Numbered from the stretch's first letter, positions 46,841-56,061 are shown. The stretch is 64,000 nt of DNA from an uncultured Chloroflexia bacterium (GCA_963712055.1 CAVQGN010000003.1:625114-689113), one strand, 5' to 3'. Numbers and translations are program-made. The notes: generated by a model from the sequence alone, not told the origin.

Positions 46841-46882
46841 GAACGGCGGGCATTCTTCTTTCTTTTCTTCGTACCCTGAAAA

Positions 46883-47887
46883 GTGAGCTCCCTGATGAGT
46901 GAGAACGACCAACTGCAAGCGCCATTTGTTTCGACCGGGACGTTGCCACCCCCAGGACGGGTCCAATCGCTGGTCGATGAGGCCTGGGAGCGCTTTCGCA
47001 CGAATGACGAGGGCGCGAATGCCGACTACATTCCCGCGCTGGCGCGAGTTCCCGAGGATCTCTTCGGCATCTGTGTGACCGCGGCCGATGGGCGGATGGC
47101 AACGGCTGGCGATATCGACTACCCCTTTACCATCCAGAGTGTCTCGAAACCATTTGTCTATGCCCTCGTTCTGCAAGCCCTTGGCATCGAGGTCGCTCGC
47201 AATGCGCTCGGCGTCAACAGCACCGGGCTGCCCTTCAACTCGGTGATGGCGATCGAACTCCTGCCGAGCAGAATCGGCAATCCTCTCGTCAATGCCGGCG
47301 CGATCGCCGCGACCGCACTCGCACCAGGAGGAACGCCCGAGGAGAAATGGGACTTCATCCACTCAGGGTTGTCGGCCTTTGCCGGTCATCCCCTCGAGGT
47401 CGATGAAGAGGTCTATGCCTCGGAAGCGGCGGCCAACCACCTCAACCAGGGGATTGCGCGGTTGCTGGAAAACTACGGTCGTCTCGCGTTCGATGCCGCC
47501 GCCGCAACGGATATCTACACCCGCCAATGCTCTCTCAAGGTGACCGCACGTGATCTCGCGGTCATGGGCGCCACCCTCGCCGACGGTGGGGTTAATCCGC
47601 TCACCCGTGAACGGGTGGTCGACGCCGCGACCTGCGAACGGGTGCTGGCTGTCATGGCGACTGCCGGACTCTACGAAACCTCGGGCGACTGGCTTTTCGA
47701 TGTCGGACTGCCGGGGAAGAGCGGTGTCAGTGGCGGGATCGTGACCATCGCCCCCGGCAAGGGCGGAATGGGCACCTTTGCGCCCCGGGTCGACGCCTCT
47801 GGCAACAGCGTCAAAGGCCAACTGACCGCTCGCTATCTCTCCGAGCAACTCGGGCTGAATCTCTTTCTGTCTGCACCGGTCGGGTGA
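46883..47887 (+). CDS. glsA: glutaminase A
   Basis: YIPALA...FTIQSVSKPFVY contains the serine-lysine catalytic motif S-x-x-K of glutaminase, and GKSGVSGGI is present. The start is GTG 46883 or ATG 46895. Confidence 0.9.
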   Translation: MSSLMSENDQLQAPFVSTGTLPPPGRVQSLVDEAWERFRTNDEGANADYIPALARVPEDLFGICVTAADGRMATAGDIDYPFTIQSVSKPFVYALVLQALGIEVARNALGVNSTGLPFNSVMAIELLPSRIGNPLVNAGAIAATALAPGGTPEEKWDFIHSGLSAFAGHPLEVDEEVYASEAAANHLNQGIARLLENYGRLAFDAAAATDIYTRQCSLKVTARDLAVMGATLADGGVNPLTRERVVDAATCERVLAVMATAGLYETSGDWLFDVGLPGKSGVSGGIVTIAPGKGGMGTFAPRVDASGNSVKGQLTARYLSEQLGLNLFLSAPVG

Positions 47888-47927
47888 CAATTCAGGTCGC
47901 CTAATCAACGAACAATCATGATGAGAG

Positions 47928-47957
47928 TTGACATAGATCGCTATTATAGTCTACTAT
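47928..47957 (+). promoter_or_regulatory. candidate sigma70-type promoter for the 48.1-52.9 kb operon
   Basis: TTGACA, an 18-nt spacer, then TACTAT, within an AT-rich intergenic region about 175 nt upstream of the strong SD at 48119-48125. Confidence 0.3.
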
Positions 47958-48177
47958 GTAAATAGCCAAGACTGGTGGGAGATTCATTCGACGGTTGTCT
48001 TGATCTAGTAGGAAAAGAGTGTGTCTATCGCAGTGGAAAACGAGCGTGCCAAACCATAGGATGGGTCTGCTCGCCCAGCTTCTTGCCGGTCCAAATTGGA
48101 TTTACGCATTGAGTGAGTAAGGAGGCCACAATGGAACGTAATCGGCTTTTCGCAACGGTACTTCTTATATATGTGCG

Positions 48178-48513
48178 ATGTTGTTTGGTATCCAGGCAAT
48201 TGTTACAGCGTCTGGGTCTGCTGGCACCGCGGGATCGTACAACAACGGATCAATGGTCAAATACACGACCAACCGAAGCGTGACGACTCCGTCGTTGCCG
48301 GGCCCTGAAGTCGCCTTTTACCTAACCAGTTCTTCGCCGGGGCTATACCTCGGAACATGGAACTGCCTGGCAGGTTACGACGGTCCCATCTACTATCAAA
48401 TTCAGAACTCATGGAACCCGGTTGCTTATTACTCTTCCCCACGTGACTTTTGTGTCGTAACGTGGGGTGTTGGTAACAGCGGAACATTCAACGGAACGAT
48501 TGCTTGGGACTGA
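48178..48513 (+). CDS. small secreted Gly/Ser/Thr/Tyr-rich two-cysteine protein. The 5' end is probably 48131, through a 2-nt frame discrepancy.
   Basis: The ORF begins mid-way through a hydrophobic segment (MLFGIQAIVTASG|S). A perfect SD (AAGGAGG) and an ATG at 48131 encode MERNRLFATVLLIY in another frame. Removing one TA from TATATAT (48166-48172) joins the two frames into a normal signal peptide. Confidence 0.5.
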   Translation: MLFGIQAIVTASGSAGTAGSYNNGSMVKYTTNRSVTTPSLPGPEVAFYLTSSSPGLYLGTWNCLAGYDGPIYYQIQNSWNPVAYYSSPRDFCVVTWGVGNSGTFNGTIAWD

Positions 48514-50279
48514 TGATCCCAATGTCGTGGAATCGAATCTGCGGTAGAGGTCGCTTGCCTAAAGGTTCAAACAGATATGTCTTTGCGGTTCCGTTGCTTC
48601 TGGTTCTGGCTTCCTGCGGCGGTGATTCCAACACCGTAACGCCGACGGCTACCCATTCCGACATTCCTTCAACACCAGCGATTGACGTGGCTGGAACACC
48701 TGAGGCCGATGGCACAGCGACCTTGGATGCGGTGGGTTCTACGTTAACTCGTGAGTTGTCGCCAACTGCGGCGGTTGCAGCGACTGGGACGCCGGTTGCT
48801 TTTCCTCGATCAGCAGAATCGACCCCTGAGCTCACTGCAAGTCCCGCCGTAGGGACCAATCTGATTCGCGGCGAAGGGACACCGGTATCTTCTCCGGAAC
48901 CGGTAGAACCGACCCTTGAGGTCGCCAGAAGTCCTTCTGGAGGGATTCAACTGATCGGCGGCGCCGGGACACCAGCATCCGGCGAAGCCATCGCCAAAGG
49001 TGTTCCGACCCCCGATAGTCCCGACGTCGGCTACACGCCGATACCATCCAGCTATGACAGCGATGGGGATGGATTCCTCACTAGTACAGACCTTATTGCC
49101 GCATTGCTGATTGAGTATCCATTCTACGATTGGCCACCCGGTTACCAGCTCGACCTCGATGCCGTAATTGCCAGCATCGAGGAGGAAACGGAACTGTTCA
49201 ACACGATCTATGAAAATGGGATTGAAAACAACTATCTTGGCCTTCCGTACATTTGCGCTTGGCAACTCACTCTTCGAGATGCCATATTCGCCAGTGACGA
49301 CGTGCTAACTGCTAGGAGCCTCGAGCGATTGAGAGCCGAAGTCGCCTCAAACCCTTCTTTGACCGAGATCAGACAGTACTATGAGGACGCCTTCGACAAA
49401 GCTGAGCTTGGTGATCCGGGACCACTCCAACAACGCATAGACGCAGGATCTTGTGCGACTGTGCCGTGGAGAGCGGAGCTTGGAAAATCCCGTATGACTT
49501 TCGAACAAGTTGTGTCCAGTGCACTTTCCGGCGAGTGCGCCGTCGACAAGATACGACACGGAGATTCTGCATGGTCGTCAGCGACGGATAGAGTAGCTAC
49601 TGGAACACAAACGACTAACCCTAACGAGGCAGGAACGGCATCTGCGGTCGATTCGGATACCGAGTTCGAGTTGATTGGAGGTCCTGGAACCCCTTTGCCA
49701 GAGGACCTCATTGTTGAGAAAGACGTTCCGACTCCGGACGGTCCTGTGACGGGTTACACGCCGATTTCGTCCACCTATGACAGCGACGATGATGGCTTTC
49801 TGACCGGTGCGGACCTGGTTACCGCACTGCGAGCCGAGTATCCGAAATACTCATGGCCCCCCGATTACCAACTCGACCTGGACGCTTTTATTGTTGTCAT
49901 CAACGAGGAAGTGGAGAAGTACAACACACTATACGAGAATGGAATGGAGCGGTCGATGCTGACCAGAACAAACCTTTGTGCCTGGCAGCTCGATCTTCGC
50001 GATGCCATGTATTCCGGCGATGAAGAGCGCATAGCAGCCGATATCGCCCTGTTGCGCTCAATCTTGTCATCGACCAGTGCGGCCTTTGACGATATCCGAC
50101 CGTATCAAGAGGATGCCATCAACAAAGCCGAGCTTGGTGATCCCGGTCCACTCCAACAGATGATCGAAGGTGCTTTTTGCGAAGAGAGATTGTGGATCGC
50201 TGCGCCAGATGCAGACTCGTCAACAGGAAGGATTGGCGTTGCCGCTATCCTTCGCGAGGGCTTCAATGAAATGGTCTGA
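48513..50279 (+). CDS. lipoprotein with a low-complexity linker and two copies of an uncharacterised domain of about 170 aa, each carrying an EF-hand-like loop
   Basis: The lipobox is LLVLASC|GG. A TGATG overlap links it to the upstream gene. The internal duplication is visible by eye, with DSDGDGFLTSTDL and DSDDDGFLTGADL. Confidence 0.7.
   Translation: MIPMSWNRICGRGRLPKGSNRYVFAVPLLLVLASCGGDSNTVTPTATHSDIPSTPAIDVAGTPEADGTATLDAVGSTLTRELSPTAAVAATGTPVAFPRSAESTPELTASPAVGTNLIRGEGTPVSSPEPVEPTLEVARSPSGGIQLIGGAGTPASGEAIAKGVPTPDSPDVGYTPIPSSYDSDGDGFLTSTDLIAALLIEYPFYDWPPGYQLDLDAVIASIEEETELFNTIYENGIENNYLGLPYICAWQLTLRDAIFASDDVLTARSLERLRAEVASNPSLTEIRQYYEDAFDKAELGDPGPLQQRIDAGSCATVPWRAELGKSRMTFEQVVSSALSGECAVDKIRHGDSAWSSATDRVATGTQTTNPNEAGTASAVDSDTEFELIGGPGTPLPEDLIVEKDVPTPDGPVTGYTPISSTYDSDDDGFLTGADLVTALRAEYPKYSWPPDYQLDLDAFIVVINEEVEKYNTLYENGMERSMLTRTNLCAWQLDLRDAMYSGDEERIAADIALLRSILSSTSAAFDDIRPYQEDAINKAELGDPGPLQQMIEGAFCEERLWIAAPDADSSTGRIGVAAILREGFNEMV
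48945..49454 (+). repeat. protein-level repeat unit 1 of the lipoprotein
   Basis: IQLIGGAGTP...YTPIPSSYDSDGDGFLT...WPPGYQLDLDA...ICAWQL.LRDA...KAELGDPGPLQQ...C. Confidence 0.7.
49665..50180 (+). repeat. protein-level repeat unit 2 of the lipoprotein
   Basis: FELIGGPGTP...YTPISSTYDSDDDGFLT...WPPDYQLDLDA...LCAWQLDLRDA...KAELGDPGPLQQ...C, collinear with unit 1. Confidence 0.7.
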
Positions 50280-50997
50280 AACCATCGCAATTGTTGTCAT
50301 GTGCACGGTTGTTGCTGCGGGAACCGCATTCTACGTCGCCAGAACGACACATCCGACTGACACAGGATCCGGAGTCAGTCCGCCAATGCCTCCAGTGGAA
50401 CTCTCTGATCGACAAACCGTTGCGCTCTCTAGCGAAACCATCCTCCCGGTTGTCTCAGCAAATGGATCGGTCGTACAGGACGGCGAAGATTGGCTCCTGG
50501 AGGCTCCAGCGCCTACGTCCGATCTCGCTTACCGCCTTCTCGACCCTCCAGTTGGCGTCAAAGCACTAATCAATGGCGGCCCCAGCGGGTTCACATGCGA
50601 ATGGGCTGGACTCGGTCAACCAGGTGCCCTGGCATTGGAAGGGAAGGCTGCCATTTCTTCCTCCCAACTTCAACCTGGAGCGGTCAACGTCAGCATGCGT
50701 TGTCGTATCCCGGACGATGTCCGGGTGGTGGCCGGGTTGACCGGTGTCATGGTGCTGCAGATGGACAAGCCCACCGAGGTCGAAGCGCTTCCCCTGACCT
50801 CCGTTCTTGGGAGTTTCGAGAGTGGTCAGGTGGTGGTGGTCAACGAAGACGGCACCACCACCCTGCGCCAGGTCGTATTGGGGATTTCGGATGTCTACAA
50901 CATCGAAGTCATTTCCGGCCTGGAACCGGACGAAGAGGTCCTTCTCTACCCAACCCAGTCCGATTTCAGCCAAGCCCAACAAAGCACTTCCTCGTGA
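50266..50997 (+). CDS. membrane-anchored periplasmic-adaptor (MacA/YknX/HlyD-like membrane fusion protein) lacking a long coiled-coil hairpin
   Basis: An N-terminal TM helix (IAIVVMCTVVAAGTAFYV) is present. The C-terminus, LPLTSVLGSFESGQVVVVNEDGTTTLRQVVLGISDVYNIEVISGLEPDEEVLLYP, fits the MFP beta-barrel/MP-domain pattern. It overlaps the upstream gene by 14 nt. Confidence 0.65.
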   Translation: MKWSETIAIVVMCTVVAAGTAFYVARTTHPTDTGSGVSPPMPPVELSDRQTVALSSETILPVVSANGSVVQDGEDWLLEAPAPTSDLAYRLLDPPVGVKALINGGPSGFTCEWAGLGQPGALALEGKAAISSSQLQPGAVNVSMRCRIPDDVRVVAGLTGVMVLQMDKPTEVEALPLTSVLGSFESGQVVVVNEDGTTTLRQVVLGISDVYNIEVISGLEPDEEVLLYPTQSDFSQAQQSTSS

Positions 50998-51686
50998 GCA
51001 CGCTGCTCGAACTTACCTCGGTATCGCGCAGTTTCACCCTCCCGTCAGGCGACCGGATCGATGTCCTTCGTGATCTCAACATGGCCATCGAGGAAGGGAG
51101 CGTCACCGCTGTGGTTGGCAGGTCGGGTTCTGGCAAGTCTACGCTGCTCAACATCCTTGGACTCCTCGATACCCAGTCCGGCGGAACCTACCATCTCGAT
51201 GGGGTGGACGTCGCCACGCTCGGCGACAACCGTCGCTCTCGGCTCCGCGGTGAAACGCTAGGGTTCGTCTTTCAGCAATTCCACCTGCTCGACCGCCGCA
51301 CGGCTCTTGAAAACGTCGCCGAACCACTTCTTTTCGCCGGTCGAACCGACCGTCGAGACCGGATGCGACGATCGGCCGAACTCTTGGAGCAGGTGGGTCT
51401 CGCGGAACGTTCGAATTCGATGCCACACCTCCTCAGCGGCGGTGAGCAACAACGTGTTGCGATCGCCCGAGCGCTCGTCCGCAATCCTCGCGTCGTTCTG
51501 GCAGATGAGCCGACAGGCGCTCTCGATGTCACAACCGGCGATCGGGTGCTCGATTTGCTGCTCGATCTCTCGCGAATGCACAACACCGCGCTCATCCTGG
51601 TCACGCACGACCCAGAGGTCGCAGCCCGCGCAGATCGTGTCCTGACATTGGAGGACGGTCACTTCTCCGCCGAGATCGCCGCATGA
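50994..51686 (+). CDS. ABC transporter ATP-binding protein (MacB/LolD/YknY type)
   Basis: Walker A is GRSGSGKST, the signature is LSGGEQQRVAIARAL, and Walker B is VLADEPTGALD. The GTG start overlaps the upstream stop (GTGA). Confidence 0.9.
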   Translation: MSTLLELTSVSRSFTLPSGDRIDVLRDLNMAIEEGSVTAVVGRSGSGKSTLLNILGLLDTQSGGTYHLDGVDVATLGDNRRSRLRGETLGFVFQQFHLLDRRTALENVAEPLLFAGRTDRRDRMRRSAELLEQVGLAERSNSMPHLLSGGEQQRVAIARALVRNPRVVLADEPTGALDVTTGDRVLDLLLDLSRMHNTALILVTHDPEVAARADRVLTLEDGHFSAEIAA

Positions 51687-52900
51687 TCGGGAGCATCATC
51701 GCTTCCTGGCTCGATGTTCGCACCAAATGGATGCGCACTCTCGCCGCCATCGCCGGGATGGTGGCCGCGATCATCGCGGTTGTACTGGTCGACGCTGCTG
51801 GTGTGATGAGCCAGGACGCGAACGCCATTTATCTCGAACGTCGATATGGTCGGGAAGTGACTGCCTCGATCATCGATATCACGGGCCAATCGCTGCTGGC
51901 TGACCAGTTTCGCCTTCTCGAAACACTCTCCGGCAATGGCTTTGTCGCTATCAGTTCCGATCAACCAATACCAGCCACCATTACCTACAAAGGCCAACCC
52001 GTCCACTCAGCGCTCCGCCTTGTTCAACCTGCTTTCGAGGATATCTACGTTGTCGATGTCATAGCCGGCGAATGGCCCAGCGACATTGCCGATTCGGACG
52101 TGCTGCGGGTGGTCCTGAATGAAGGATGGGCATCCCAGATGCTTGGCTTTTCAGATCAGGACGTCATCGGTCAGACACTTGGCTATGCACTTTCTGGTTC
52201 ATCGGGCACATTTGACCCCAAGACGAGCGCAGTACAACCGATGATCGTCGACGCTGTGGTCGCAACCGATTCTCTCCCGTTTCTGAAAGGCGACTCACCG
52301 GTGATGGTTGTTGTGTCGAACCCCTCTGATGACATCCTGTTGACCGGTCAGGGTGTGCAATTGATCGTGCGGGTTAATCCAGATGATTTCGGATTCCTGC
52401 GAGAAACTGTCAAGGGAGTGACCGACAGCGAAGGACGAGAGCTTTTTCAGGTAACTCGTTCGGACCAGTCGGAAGCACTCGCGCCGATTCTCGATCAGCA
52501 GCAGATCACGGCGCGCATCGTGTCGATCGTCGCGCTTGCCATCGGCGGGTTGGGCATCCTTGGAGTGGGCATCGCCAATGTCCGCGAACGCGCCAAGGAG
52601 TTCGGTATGCGCCGTGCGCTCGGTGCCAGCCGAGGGATGATCTTCGTCGGGGTAATGGTTCAGACGCTGATGGAGGTGCTGATTGCGGCGGCTATTGCCA
52701 TTCCACTCTCCGCGCTGCTGATCCAGATCTTTGGTCGGCGGATGGTCCTCGCCGAACTCCCTATGCCGCCACACGTTGGTCTGCCATTGAGCAGCGCTTT
52801 GATCGGGTTGACCAGTGCGCTTTTTGTCGGTCTGCTTGCCGGTCTTCTCCCTGCCACCAACGCCGCCAGGCTCAGCGTGGTCGAGGCGCTTCGCGGCTAA
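51683..52900 (+). CDS. ABC transporter permease, FtsX/MacB family
   Basis: 405 aa with an N-terminal TM helix, a large extracytoplasmic domain and a C-terminal FtsX 3-TM bundle (FGMRRALGASRGMIF...). It has an ATGA overlap with the ATPase gene. Confidence 0.85.
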   Translation: MIGSIIASWLDVRTKWMRTLAAIAGMVAAIIAVVLVDAAGVMSQDANAIYLERRYGREVTASIIDITGQSLLADQFRLLETLSGNGFVAISSDQPIPATITYKGQPVHSALRLVQPAFEDIYVVDVIAGEWPSDIADSDVLRVVLNEGWASQMLGFSDQDVIGQTLGYALSGSSGTFDPKTSAVQPMIVDAVVATDSLPFLKGDSPVMVVVSNPSDDILLTGQGVQLIVRVNPDDFGFLRETVKGVTDSEGRELFQVTRSDQSEALAPILDQQQITARIVSIVALAIGGLGILGVGIANVRERAKEFGMRRALGASRGMIFVGVMVQTLMEVLIAAAIAIPLSALLIQIFGRRMVLAELPMPPHVGLPLSSALIGLTSALFVGLLAGLLPATNAARLSVVEALRG

Positions 52901-53143
52901 CCCAATCGGCCACTTTACGATTTCGCACGATTTCTAGCTGATGCCCGAAGCGTCACAGCGGAGATAGCTCTCTCTGTGGGCCTTCTCATGCAGCAGTCGG
53001 GAACACATCGTAGTTAGTTAGTTACGGCTGCATATTGCCCGATTCTCACCGTGGTGGTACTGTCTCATTCATCAGTCTGGCCGTTCCGGGGACATGTGCA
53101 CCTGTTCATGCACCGTCGTCGTTTACCTGGTGTGGAGGCGTCC

Positions 53144-54259
53144 TTGAAAATCACGCGTGTCGAAACGACCACCGTCGTCGTTCCTGTCCACGACGGTTCC
53201 TGGCACAGCGAGGAATTCGTACCGGAGGGCTACACCTATGGTGGGCAATGGGTCCGGCTGCACTGGCCCGAGTTTCCGATCGTCATCATCCAGCTTCACA
53301 CCGATTCCGGACTGATCGGACTTGGCGAGGTTTCCAAGGGGATCCCGGAAGCCGATGTCCGCACCGCCGCTGCCTTTTTCGAAGGGCGAGATCTCGAATC
53401 GTTCAATCTCCAGGAACTCCCCCTCGAAACGATGTGGTTTTCGAACTCCTCCATCTACGCCGCTTTCGAAATGGCGCTCTACGACCTGATGGGCAAAGCC
53501 CACGATCTTCCCGCCTATCGCTTTTTCGGCGGCAAATACCGCGATCTGGTTCCGGTATCGCGCTGTTCCGGTCGGATGAACCCGGACTACGCCGCCACCT
53601 TCGCCAAGAAGGTCGTTGCCGAAGGCTATTCTGTGCTCAAGATGAAAGCGACCTACGACGATCCGATCGTCGAACGCCTGCTGGCGATCCAGGACGCTGT
53701 CGGTGATCAGCTGAGCATCGTCGTCGATCCGAACCAGCGGTTTGCCCGCCCTGCCCGGCTTTTCGAGGTCGTCGAGGAGCTGCAGGCCGCCGGGGTCACC
53801 AATGTCCAGTGCTTCGAAAGCCCCTTCGACCAATCCAATCTCGACTGGTACGTGCTTGCTCGCCAGAAGATCACCACCCCGCTCGCACTTCATCTCAACT
53901 CAACCCCAGAAGTCCGCGAAGCCGTCAAACGGGAAGCGTGCGACTGGATCAACACCAGCGGTCCGATGTCCTCCGTCTACAAACAGAACGCCATCGCCGA
54001 AGCGGCAGGAATCCCGACCTGGCATGGGTCAGGGGTCGATCTCGGTATCGCCGAAGCGTCGTATGCTCATGTCTGCGCGGCGTGCAAATCGCTGACCCTG
54101 ACGAGCGACATCTGCGGCGAAACACTGCGGGTCGACGATCTCATCGTCCAACCACTCGACATCAAGGATGGCCATGTGCGGGTACCAGAAGGACCCGGGC
54201 TTGGCGTCGAACTCGATTACGACGCGCTCGCGCGCTACCGGGTCAGCGAAGCAGGCTGA
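53144..54259 (+). CDS. enolase-superfamily enzyme (muconate-lactonizing/dipeptide-epimerase-like subgroup)
   Basis: LKITRVETTTVVVP...LIGLGE is the capping domain, with the KxK motif in VLKMKA, and DPNQ and ESP metal-ligand contexts. GGAGG lies 6 nt before TTG 53144. ATG 53108 is an alternative. Confidence 0.85.
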   Translation: MKITRVETTTVVVPVHDGSWHSEEFVPEGYTYGGQWVRLHWPEFPIVIIQLHTDSGLIGLGEVSKGIPEADVRTAAAFFEGRDLESFNLQELPLETMWFSNSSIYAAFEMALYDLMGKAHDLPAYRFFGGKYRDLVPVSRCSGRMNPDYAATFAKKVVAEGYSVLKMKATYDDPIVERLLAIQDAVGDQLSIVVDPNQRFARPARLFEVVEELQAAGVTNVQCFESPFDQSNLDWYVLARQKITTPLALHLNSTPEVREAVKREACDWINTSGPMSSVYKQNAIAEAAGIPTWHGSGVDLGIAEASYAHVCAACKSLTLTSDICGETLRVDDLIVQPLDIKDGHVRVPEGPGLGVELDYDALARYRVSEAG

Positions 54260-54348
54260 CAGAGAAAGGAGTTGACGGCTGCGCCAACGATTCGATTCTG
54301 CCGACGGCCCTTCGTCGGCACGTGATGCGAACAACAAGGAGAAATTCG

Positions 54349-56016
54349 ATGGGTGAACAGTGGAATCTTTCCCGTCTCGAACAGGAATGGGTCAACCGGG
54401 GACTCAATCGCCGCGATCTGATGAAACTCATTGGCGCTGGCGCCGGCACAACCGCATTGATGACCTTCCTCGGAGCCGCGCCTGGCGGAGTCAGCGCCCA
54501 GGATGGTGAAACCCAGGCCAGTGTGCTCTGGAGAGCGCCGAACACCTTGAACCCGCTCTATTCCTCATCCGGAAGTGAGCAGCAGGTCGAGCGCGCCATG
54601 TTCGGCGCGCTGGTCAAGATGAGCGATGCGCTCATTCCAACCCCCGACCTCGCGGAGACCGTTGAGGTCTCGGAAGATGCAACCACCTATACCTTTACCC
54701 TGCGCGACGGTCTGACTTTCAACGACGGCACGCCAATGACATCTGCCGATGCCATCTTCACGCTGGAACGGGCCATCAACCCGGCCACCGGAAGCATCTG
54801 GCAGGGTCGCTTGTCTGGTGTCCTCGGTGCGGCCGACTATGACGGATCGGGAGAGGTCGAAGGTCTGGCCGCTCCAGACGAAAAAACCGTGGTGATTACG
54901 CTGGCGGCTCCAAACGGAGCCTTCCTGGTCGATCTCTGCAGCTTCTCCGGACTCGGTATCCTGCCGAAGCATATTCTCGGTGAGATTCCACCAGACCAGC
55001 TGCAGGAAAACGCCTTCTCACTCGAACCGACCACGACCGGCGGTTCCTATGATTTCGTCCAGTTCGCGACCGATCAGTTCCTCGAGATGCAGAAGAGCGC
55101 CACGTATCCAGGCGAAGTCGGGATCGACCGCGTCTTCATGCGGATCCTCACGCCCGAGGTGGGTCTCGCCCAGCTCGAAACCGGCGAACTCGATCTGATG
55201 TCGGTTCCAGTGGCGGAAAAAGAGCGGACGAGTGGTCTCGACGGTGTCACAGTGGTGAGCGTTCCGAGTCCGAGCATGGACTTCCTGGCGGTCAACCTCC
55301 AGCGCGAGTTCCTCCAGAACGTCGATGTCCGCAAAGCGATGATGCACGCCATCGATCGCGAGGGGATCGTTGCGCAGGTTCTCCAGGGTGAAGGTACGGT
55401 CGTCAACTCGCCGATCTTCGGACCCGAGTGGATGGGTATCCCCGAAGGATTAGACGAGTATCCCTACGATCCTGATGGCGCCAAGGCGCTCCTCGAGGGT
55501 TCCGGGTTCGACACGAGCCAGGAAATCTCGATCATGCACCTGCCCGGTACACCGGAAAAGGATGCCGCCGTCGCGATCATGCAGGAGCAACTGAAGCAGG
55601 TTGGCTTCAATATCACCATTCTGCAGGTCGACGTGGCCGAACTCCTTCGCCGCTATATCGATGAGTCGGACTTCGATCTCTTCTACAACGCTGGCGGTGT
55701 GTTCCGCGCCGATCCGGGTGTGTCAGCGACCTATTTCGACACTGCCAACTTCACGCCAGGTGGTGGCAATGGTTCGCACTACTCCAACCCCGATGTCGAT
55801 GCGCTCCTCGCCGAGGGTCGCGCCGCCGCTGACGAGGAAGCCCGCAAGGTTGCTTACACGCAGGTCGCCCAGATCCTCAACGCGGAACTGCCCTGGATCT
55901 TCCTCTGGTCACCGAATTCGATTTACGGATTCCGGAACCGGTTGGAAGGTTTCGCGCCGCCGAGCTACCTGGACAACAAGCTCTGGGATGTCGCCGCCTG
56001 GTCGGTGACTGAGTAA
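54349..56016 (+). CDS. ABC transporter substrate-binding protein, family 5 (peptide/nickel, DppA/OppA-like), with a Tat signal
   Basis: NRRDLMKLIGAGAGTTALMTFLG is the twin-arginine leader, and the family-5 SBP body follows. AAGGAG lies upstream of ATG 54349. The track ORF is extended upstream spuriously. Confidence 0.9.
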   Translation: MGEQWNLSRLEQEWVNRGLNRRDLMKLIGAGAGTTALMTFLGAAPGGVSAQDGETQASVLWRAPNTLNPLYSSSGSEQQVERAMFGALVKMSDALIPTPDLAETVEVSEDATTYTFTLRDGLTFNDGTPMTSADAIFTLERAINPATGSIWQGRLSGVLGAADYDGSGEVEGLAAPDEKTVVITLAAPNGAFLVDLCSFSGLGILPKHILGEIPPDQLQENAFSLEPTTTGGSYDFVQFATDQFLEMQKSATYPGEVGIDRVFMRILTPEVGLAQLETGELDLMSVPVAEKERTSGLDGVTVVSVPSPSMDFLAVNLQREFLQNVDVRKAMMHAIDREGIVAQVLQGEGTVVNSPIFGPEWMGIPEGLDEYPYDPDGAKALLEGSGFDTSQEISIMHLPGTPEKDAAVAIMQEQLKQVGFNITILQVDVAELLRRYIDESDFDLFYNAGGVFRADPGVSATYFDTANFTPGGGNGSHYSNPDVDALLAEGRAAADEEARKVAYTQVAQILNAELPWIFLWSPNSIYGFRNRLEGFAPPSYLDNKLWDVAAWSVTE

Positions 56017-56061
56017 CTACGAGCAAGCATCGGGAGCTGATCTGGAGCAGAGAAGGAAGCT

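Noticed and set aside
50490-50993. N-terminal 168 codons of the 398-aa ORF that contains the ABC ATPase
   Set aside because: This part is out of frame with, and fully overlaps, the adaptor gene. ABC ATPase similarity begins only at GTG 50994, which forms a GTGA overlap with the adaptor stop.
53123-53893. 256-aa ORF on the - strand and the 223-aa + ORF at 53035-53706
   Set aside because: They overlap the enolase-superfamily gene in other frames and carry no motifs.
53809-54348. Upstream 180 codons of the 735-aa ORF that contains the substrate-binding protein
   Set aside because: It overlaps the racemase-family gene in another frame. The SD, ATG and Tat leader at 54349 mark the real start.
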